Of a stretch of 64,000 nucleotides of DNA, positions 55,102-64,000 are shown in pieces; position 1 is the stretch's first letter, and the number at the start of each line of letters is the position of its first letter. The DNA comes from Octopus sinensis (lineage: Eukaryota), in the NCBI RefSeq assembly GCF_006345805.1, contig NC_043024.1:11904001-11968000 (forward strand), read 5' to 3'. A program made the position numbers and the translations under genes. The notes under the pieces were generated by a model. That model was not told the origin of the DNA and searched no databases. It was given only the letters and a program-made list of their open reading frames with translations.

Positions 55102-56452
55102 GTGAGTGAAACATTTTTACAAGTTCTAAATTGATAATTACAATTAGTAGCGGTTGATCACAACTGGAGTATATTCATCGGTTATCGAATCACAACTGGT
55201 GATCATCTGTTAGAAATTGGTCTCACTCAGTCAACAACATTTTGAAGAGAGAAAACACGTGGTATTTCGTCTGTCTTTACGTTCTGCGTTCAAATTCTGC
55301 TGCGGTCGACTTTGCCTTTCATCCTTTCGGGCTCGATAGATTAAGTACCAGTTGCATACTGGAGTCGATCTAATCCACTGACCCTCTCCCCAAAAATTTC
55401 GGGCCTTGTGACTAGAATAGAAAAGAATAATAATAATAATTCACCTTGATGAGAATAAGGAACCAGACTTGTGGAATAACGGTATTAGCTACAAAAAGCA
55501 ATGTATGGTTGATATATCGCTTGGAGTAGGAATGGAATGTAACAGATGGTAATGCATTGTGTAACATAATAATATGCACGAACACATGCACATACATATA
55601 TATTTATACACACACACACACACACGCATGCACACACGCACACACACATTATTTGGCAATTGTGTTCAGAACAAGGTCTCTACTCCTACCTTCTTTCCAC
55701 CAATATTTATTTCTTTATTGCCCACAGGAGGCTAAACAGAGAGGGGACAAACAAGGACAGAGAAAGGGATTAAGTGAATTTCATCGATCTCCTGTACCAT
55801 AACTGGTACTTATTTAATCGGTCCCCGAAAGGATGAAAGGCAAAGTCGACCTCAGTGGAATTTGAAATCAGGACGTAACGGCGGCAGACAAAATACCGCT
55901 AAGCATTTCACCTGGCATGCTAACAATTCTGCCAGCTTGCCACCCTATATTGGAGATCTTTGAAAGTGTCCCAAGTGTTGCCATTCCTCTTCTGACAAAT
56001 AATTCTTTCAAATTTTAGCACAGGACACACAGTTTCTGGAGAAGTCAATACATTGATCCCCGGTACTTGACTGGTACTTATTCTATTGATCCAGAGATGA
56101 TGAACGGCAAAGTCACCCTTGGCAGATTTTGAACTCTGGAAATAAAGATGGAGAAAATGTCATTAAGGATTTTGCCTGGGACTTGTTCTTTATAAACCTA
56201 GAACTTACTCTATCGGTCTCTTTTGCCGAACTGCTAAGTGTGTGTGTTTATTTGGCAAAAATAAAAAAAGGATGACCATCCCAAAATATAACAATACTTT
56301 TATTAATGTTTTATCTTTTATCTTTTACTTGTTTCGGTCATTAGGCTGTGGCCATGCTGGAGCACCACGTTCATTTTAAGTATGGTACTTATTTTATTAA
56401 TTTATTTATTTACTTTTTAGATAATTTTTTTCTGTTTTTTTTTGTGTTTCAG

Positions 56453-56618
56453 GTGAACGTAAATCACTGGTTTGACCTCTGTGTCAACTATGTCTGTAAT
56501 GCGGATATAAATGCTGATGAGGCTTTGCAGGCAGGAATCTGCAGGATATTCTCAGCCTATGCTCTGGAATGTTCCAATGAAGGTGTGATTGTCCAATGGA
56601 GGACGCAAGAACTCTGCC
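56453..56618 (+). CDS. SSPO: Coding exon 11: C8 domain (VNVNHWFDLCVNYVC...ICRIFSAYALECSNEGVIVQWRTQELC)
   Basis: tttcag acceptor, C|gtaagt donor; AYA.EC...G...WR...C. Confidence 0.95.
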
Positions 56619-56929
56619 GTAAGTATCTGATAGTATTCAGCATCATCATTCTAGGCATTTTTGGTCCAAGAAGTTGACACTTTGGGTTCCTTTCTTCATC
56701 TTCTAACAATTACCTCTCAGGGGATTCTGGGATGAAACATTGGATGACATTTTCTACAGCCATAGGCACAGGCGTGGCTGTGTGGTAAGATGCTTGCTTC
56801 CCAACCACATGATTTTGGGTTCAGTCCCACTACATGGCAACTTGGAAAAATTTTTTTACTTTAGTTTTGAGCTGACCAAAACCTTATAAGTGGATTTGGT
56901 TGATGAAAACTGAAAGAAGCCCATATATA

Positions 56930-57777
56930 TCAGGTCATCACATAAGTTCTGTCCGATTTTACCTTTTTTAAAATTGAATGAAATTTAATAGTATTTTAGA
57001 ATGTCTAATGGAATTTAAAATTATTTTTACGCATTTGTGTACATTTAAACTAATTAAATATTATTTTATAGAATAATAGAATTAAAATTACTTTCCTTTC
57101 TAACATGGAAGTATCCAAAGAGCATTTGAGGCGCAAAATGCTTTATGAGTACAAAAAAGGAAACCCTGCAGTCGAAGCGACTCGAAACATACACTCAGTT
57201 TATGGGAAAGAATGCTGAATGAAAGAACTTGCAAAATTCGGAAGTGGAGATTTCAGCCTTGAAGATGATTATCGAATAGGACGTCCACTTGAGTTTGATG
57301 ATAAGCTCCTTGAGGTATTACTTGAAGAAAATCTGCATTTTCAGTTGAAGAATGGCAATTAAGCTTAGTTCAAACCATACAACTGTTCATCGTCATCTTC
57401 AACAACTTGGAAAGGTTCCTAAACTTGGAAAATGGGTGCCTCTTGCATTGTCGAAAGCAACCGCAAATCCTGAGATGATATCAGCTCTTCTCTCCATTCT
57501 CGCGAACTCATTTCACCCTTTTTGGATAGACTTGTGAGTGATGATGAAAAATGGATCTTCTAGCGAAATGTTAAATGTCGTACACAGTGGCTTGGTAAAA
57601 GGGAAAAAACTCAACCACAACCGAGAAGGAAACTTCATGGGGAAATGGTTCTTCTCTCTATCTGGTGGGATTGCAAAAGAGTAATTCACTTTGAATTGTT
57701 ACACTGAATGCAACAATCAATTGCTCAAGTCTACTATCAGCAATTAGAGCGTTTGAAGCAAGCTTTGAAGAAATCAG

Positions 57778-57779
<2 letters not shown>
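56930..57779 (+). pseudogene. Mariner transposase fossil, copy 1 (3'-truncated)
   Basis: TA-TCAGGTCATCACATAAGTTCTGTCCG left TIR; ATG 57105 MEVSKEHLR..; GKWVP; SDDEKW; frameshifts and stops. Confidence 0.9.
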
Positions 57780-57814
<35 letters not shown>

Positions 57815-57815
57815 G

Positions 57816-58770
<955 letters not shown>

Positions 58771-58771
58771 G

Positions 58772-58808
<37 letters not shown>

Positions 58809-58809
58809 G

Positions 58810-58863
<54 letters not shown>

Positions 58864-59009
58864 ATTATATATATATATATATTTCTCGATAAGTTTTACC
58901 GTCTCTTTTTATTAAGTAACTCTAACACATCTTGCAATTATTATTTCTGTTATGAAACATTAATTTTTGTTTCATCATCTTTAAATACTTTTCTTTTTTT
59001 AACTTTCAG

Positions 59010-59250
59010 CCAAAAGTTGCCCGGATGGATTCATCTACTCTGAATGTGCTTCCATATGCAAATTATCTTGTCAAAATCTCTATAACATAAAACCTGATTC
59101 GTGCTACACTCAGTGCACCCCTGGATGTGAGTGTGTCCCAGGCACCGTGCTCGACCATGGCAGTTGTGTTGTTCCCAATAATTGCTCTTGTGAATACCAC
59201 GGTACTCAATATCTGGCTGGAGAAAAGGTCAAAGTGAAATGCAATGATTG
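59010..59250 (+). CDS. SSPO: Coding exon 12: TIL domain + start of VWC-like (CPDGFIYSECASICKLSCQN...GCEC..CVVPNNCSCEYHG..KCND)
   Basis: ctttcag acceptor, TG|gtatgt donor; TIL ten-Cys spacing. Confidence 0.95.
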
Positions 59251-59281
59251 GTATGTGTTTACTTCAAGTTATTATCAGTTT

Positions 59282-59940
59282 GGAGGCGCAATGGCCCAGT
59301 GGTTAGGGCAGCGGACTCGCGGTCGTAGGATCGCGGTTTCGATTCCCAGACCGGGCGTTGTGAGTGTTTATTGAGCGAAAACACCTAAAAGCTCCACGAG
59401 GCTCCGGCAGGGGATGGTGGTGATCCCTGCTGTACTCTTTCACCACAACTTTCCCTCACTCTTACTTCCTGTTTCTGTTGTACCTGTATTTCAAAGGGCC
59501 GGCCTTGTCACTCTCTGTGTCACACTGAATATCCCCAAGAACTACGTTAAGGGTACACGTGTCTGTGGAGTGCTCAGCCACTTGCACCTTAATTTCACGA
59601 GCAGGCTGTTCCGTTGATTCGGATCAACCGGAACCCTCGTCGTCGTAACCGACTGAGTGCTTCCATCCGAGGCTCCGGCAGGGGATGGTGGTGATCCCTG
59701 CTGTACTCTTTCACCACAACTTTCCCTCACTCTTACTTCCTGTTTCTGTTGTACCTGTATTTCAAAGGGCCGGCCTTGTCACTCTCTGTGTCACTCTGAA
59801 TATCCCCGAGAACTACGTTAAGGGTACACGTGTCTGTGGAGTGCTCAGCCACTTGCACCTTAATTTCACGAGCAGGCTGTTCCGTTGATTCGGATCAACC
59901 GGAACCCTCGTCGTCGTAACCGACGGAGTGCTTTCCTTCC
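59282..59940 (+). mobile_element. tRNA-derived SINE with 271-bp internal tandem duplication, 31 nt after the exon 12 donor
   Basis: 11-bp TSD ATTATCAGTTT (59271-81, 59941-51). Confidence 0.85.
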
Positions 59941-60141
59941 ATTATCAGTTTAAGGGAAAGGATGCCCTAAAATGTGATAAACAGCAAAAGTATAAATTCA
60001 CGTTTGAATAGAAGTAGTGCTGGTGTTGTAAACATTATCAAACACATATACTCGATGGATGTCCCTTGTTTATTTATGAAAATCACCGGCAAATAAGCAA
60101 TGTCCATATGTTGTGTATGTGTTCTCAATAATGTTTACAAG

Positions 60142-61175
60142 AAAGGCGTGGAGCTGGCAGAAACGTTAGCACGCCGGGCGAAATGCTTTGTGGTATTTCG
60201 TCCGCCGCTGCGTTCTTAGTTCAAATTCTGCCGAGGTCGACTTTGCCTTTCATCCTTTCAGGGTCGATAAATTAAGTACCAGTTACACACTGGGATCGAT
60301 GTAATCGACTTAATCCGTTTGTCTGTCCTTGTTTGTCCTCTCTGTGTTTAGCCTCTTGTGAGTAGTAAAGAAATAGGTATTTCGTCTGCTGCTATGTTCT
60401 GAGTTCAAATTCCGTGAGGTCGACTTTGCCTTTCATCTTTCAGGGTCGATAAATTAAGTACCAGTTATGCACTGGGGTCGATGTAATCGACTCATCCGTT
60501 GTCTGTCCTGTTGTCCCCTCTGTGTTTAGCCCCTTGTGGGTAGTAAAGAAATAGGTATTTCGTCTGCCGCTATGTTCTGAGTTCAAATTCTGCCGAGGTC
60601 GACTTTGTCTTTCATCCTTTCGGGGTCGATAAATTAAGTACCAGTTATGCACTGGGGTCGATGTAATTGACTTCATCCGTTTGTCTGTCCTTGTTTGTCC
60701 CCTCTGTGTTTAGCCCCTTGTGGGTAGTAAAGAAATAGGTATTTCGTCTGCCGCTATGTTCTGAGTTCAAATTCTGCCGAGGTCGACTTTGTCTTTCATC
60801 CTTTCGGGGTCGATAAATTAAGTACCAGTTATGCACTGGGGTCGATGTAATCGACTTCATCCGTTTGTTGTCCTGTTTGTCCCCTGTGTTTTAGCCCCTT
60901 GTGGGTAGTAAAGAAATAGGTATTTCGTCTGCCGCTATGTTCTGAGTTCAAATTCTGCCGAGGTCGACTGTCTTTCATCCTTTCGGGGTCGATAAATTAA
61001 GTACCAGTTATGCACTGGGGTCGATGTAATCGACTTAATCCGTTTGTCTGTCCTTGTTTGTCCCCTCTGTGTTTAGCCCCTTGTGGGCAATAAAGAAATA
61101 AGAAACGTTAGCACACAGGGCGAAATGCTTAGCAGTATTTTGTCTGTCTTTACGTTCTGAGTTCAAATTCCGCTG
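60142..61175 (+). mobile_element. SINE family B, head + ~5 units
   Basis: ~182-bp period, homopolymer-type indels between units. Confidence 0.85.
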
Positions 61176-61179
61176 ACCC

Positions 61180-61500
61180 CAATTCTGGCGGCTCTTGAGG
61201 TGGAGGGCATTTAAGTGTTTCTTAGAAGTGTTCCTTCCATCTCGCCAGTTGGTCCTCAGTAGAAGTTAGCAACCGTCCGGCCTTGTCCTTTACTGGTCTG
61301 ACCTGGTTGCCTCTCCTTCCTCTCAGCAACTTATTGTTGTATATAGCGCCATCAAGTCTCCTTTGCTCGTTGCTGTTTCCGCTTCGTCGGCCACTTCAAT
61401 GAAGTATGTTCTTCTGTCTCTCCTTAGTTTCTCCTTGACTTCTCTCACCACCTCACTATACTTACTGGTGACGGCCTGCTTTTGCTGATGGGTTCTGGCT
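61180..61500 (-). mobile_element. RTE-like LINE fragment (endonuclease-RT linker)
   Basis: Minus: KYSEVVREVKEKLRRDRR..A.EAE..; PVKDKAGRLLTSTEDQLARWKEHF. Confidence 0.75.
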
Positions 61501-61559
61501 TTTTTTTTCTGAGTTAGGATACTATTAAAGCCAACTTAATATTTCATTCTTCCAGAGAA

Positions 61560-61960
61560 ACTTGAAAAATACAGGTATGGGATTTCATCAGATTGATTCT
61601 GCTTTCCTCCATAATTTGTGGTATTAAAGTGGGAACGAAACCTCAGCATGCTCATTCAAACTATGAGACATGACATCCAAGAACTGTGGTGGTCTCCACT
61701 GCCACGGGGCTCAACCATAAACCTGTCAGAGAGCGGCTGATACCACGACAATTTAAAACGATCCAGTGACTTAGTCTCTAAGAACCCAGATGAAAATACT
61801 ATCAGTTGTAATTCCATATAAGTTTTGTTGATCAAGTTTGTTAAATTAAAGACTTATTTGGTCTTGTGCTGCAATTAAAAATCCTTCAATCTCTGCTTTG
61901 AGTCCTGGGCTTCTCAGCCATTGCTGGGATCTTTCTTTGTCTATTTCTTTTGCATTTAGT
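61560..61960 (-). mobile_element. Degraded R4/Dong-like LINE C-terminal fragment
   Basis: Minus: WLRSPGLKAEIEGFLIAAQDQI motif. Confidence 0.5.
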
Positions 61961-62044
61961 TTAGTCCAGTATTTACCATGAAGGGGCTTTTCTTGCCATC
62001 GTTTTATCATGTTCTTGCTGTTCTAGTTTTAGTTTGGATTCATT

Positions 62045-62320
62045 TGTTTCTTCTTTCTTCTTCTTTTTCTCTTCTTCTTCTTCTTCTTCTTCTTCTCTTT
62101 CTTCTCTTCTTATCTCTTCTTCTTCTTCTTCTTCTTCCTTCTTCTTCTTCTCTTCTTCTTCTTTTTCTTCTTCCTTCTCATTCTTCTTCTTCTCTTCTTC
62201 TTATTCTTTCTTCTCTTCTTTTTTTCTTCTTTTCTTCTTCTTTTCTCCTCTCCTCCTCCTCCTACTCCTTCTTCTTCTTATTCTCTTCTTCTTCTTTCTT
62301 CTTCTTCTCCTTCTTCTCAT
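62045..62320. repeat. (CTT)n
   Basis: Direct inspection. Confidence 0.95.
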
Positions 62321-62579
62321 ATTTGTTAGGTGGTGTGATTTCTGTTTGTATTTGTCAGCTTCCTTAAATACTGAGAACATTTTTTTTTGTTTTGCTCGTG
62401 TTTTGCCGCTATTTGTATCAGTTTTCCTTCCTTCTGAAGTAGATATTTCCCTACAGCTTCACATATCCATTCTTACCAAGATTCTTCATTCTTTTTTTGT
62501 GCAAAAGCCCCGTGTTAATCCCAATATCGAGTTCAGCATATACCAATGAATTGTGAGATGTTTTCCTCTTCTGTTTTAG

Positions 62580-62721
62580 CACTTGTGTACGAGGTCGATG
62601 GAAATGTACTCAAGACAAATGTGCGGGTACCTGCAGCATCTTGGGAAGGGCCCACTTCAGCACATTTGATGGAGAAATATTCAAATTCGAACCTACAGCT
62701 TGTCAATACGATTTGGTCCAG
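62580..62721 (+). CDS. SSPO: Coding exon 13: VWC-like end + start of VWD2 (CTCVRGRWKCTQDKCAGTCSILGRAHFSTFDG..CQYDLVQ)
   Basis: ttttag acceptor, CAG|gtttgt donor; CTC..G.W.C and HF.TFDG motifs. Confidence 0.95.
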
Positions 62722-63178
62722 GTTTGTCTCATTTCTTTCCTGTATTTTTTTTCTTTCTTGTGGCCATGCTGGGGCACTGGTTTGAGGAATTTTAGTTGAA
62801 GGAATCGACTCCAGTACTTATTATTCTATGTAAAGCCTGCTATTTATTCTATCAACCTCTTTTTACCAAACTGTTAAGTTACAGGGATGTAAACACACCA
62901 ACACTGGCTGTCAATCGGTGGTGGGGGCCAAATACACAAGATTTGGTCCAGGTTTGTGTCTTTTCTCTCATCCTTTTACTTGTTCCTGTCATTTGACTGT
63001 GGCCATGCTGGGGCAGTGCCTTGGGGAATTTTAGTCGGTTGAATCGACTCCAGGACTTATTGTTCTTTGTAATGCCTGTTATTTATTCTATCAATCTCTT
63101 TTACCAAACTGTTAAGTTACAGGGATGTAAACACACCAACACTGGCTGTCAATCGGTGGTGTGGGACAAATACACAAG

Positions 63179-63219
<41 letters not shown>

Positions 63220-63380
63220 TATATATATCCATGACAGGCATCTTTCTGTTTCTGTCTATCAATTTCCACTTGCAAGACTTTGGTGAGCCCAAGGCTATAG
63301 TGAAAGACACTTGTCCAAGGTGCCACATGGTGGGACTGAACCCAGAACCATATGGCTGAGAAGCAAGCTTCTTACACATA
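62722..63380 (-). mobile_element. Diverged SINE family A with a 230-bp tandem duplication that includes the exon 13 donor
   Basis: GATTTGGTCCAGGTTTGT at 62710 and 62940. Confidence 0.75.
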
Positions 63381-63513
63381 TCCATACATATATGAACTCA
63401 TATATCCACATACAAATGCATTTGTACCTATTTTTCGTGTAAAAATAGCTTTGAATATGCATTTTATTCAGTGAAATATATGGCTTTCTCAAAACTTTTT
63501 TTTTATTCATTTA

Positions 63514-63909
63514 CTAGCAGTATCGCCCGGCGTTGCTCGGGTTCTTTTTCGACCCTTTAGAATTGGAATTTTTGAAAAGTAAAAATTTTGCATTATATAG
63601 CTTGTTATTCTCTTTAAGTGAACATTTTTCTGGTTGAAATACACCGAAAAGTGGCGACACAGCAGTCAAAAAAATCATAAAAAATAGGGATTTGCATAGG
63701 AAAAAAAGCACCTTTTTGATGTAAATAATTTTTGGTGTTAACATGGTCCGATTTGAATTTTTTCTTCTCCGGAAGGAAGAGCAAGCCTTCTTTTATCATA
63801 CTCTAAATTTTGGTCAACATGTGCCGCAGGGTCTCAGAGGAGATAGTGTTAGTTGAAAGCTACCATACCTGCCACACACACAGACAACTTCAGTTTATAT
63901 ATATATAGA
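63514..63909 (-). mobile_element. Non-autonomous Helitron
   Basis: Same TC...hairpin-CTAG termini as 29081-29386, A|T insertion site. Confidence 0.8.
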
Positions 63910-64000
63910 TTACCTTAACCTTCACAGAAGTATTGCTTTCAGTTGTGTTTGTTTGTTTGTTTGTTTCTCCATGGACAAGATATCTCAAGAACCACTGGAT

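Overview
AT-rich, repeat-dense eukaryotic DNA, almost certainly Octopus (coleoid cephalopod), judged from its SINE families, RTE/Penelope remnants and very long TA/CA/TACA/TATC/GAT microsatellites. Nearly all ORFs in the supplied track are microsatellite or SINE artefacts. Manual splice-site reading recovers the first 13 coding exons of one + strand gene (12287 to 62721, running off the window). They total 1860 nt = 620 codons, with every intron GT-AG and every phase consistent. The protein is secreted: signal peptide - EMI - EGF - TB-like Cys module - VWD - C8 - TIL - VWC-like - second VWD, i.e. SCO-spondin-like (SSPO/otogelin/mucin superfamily). The introns and upstream region hold: tRNA-derived SINEs, one family inserting as head + multimeric 183-bp tail inside single TSDs; mariner, pogo, hAT and piggyBac MITEs; Helitrons; RTE and R4-like LINE fossils; a Penelope GIY-YIG fragment; and a probable solo LTR carrying a 30-bp coding-like minisatellite. 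The least expected signal is a set of type-I hammerhead ribozyme motifs. Two are fully canonical (21716-21804 +, 35627-35709 -), with long bulged stem II and self-complementary stem III, each about 200 nt upstream of a (TA)n tract. Several near-identical tandem duplications differ only by homopolymer indels, so local assembly error must be considered.
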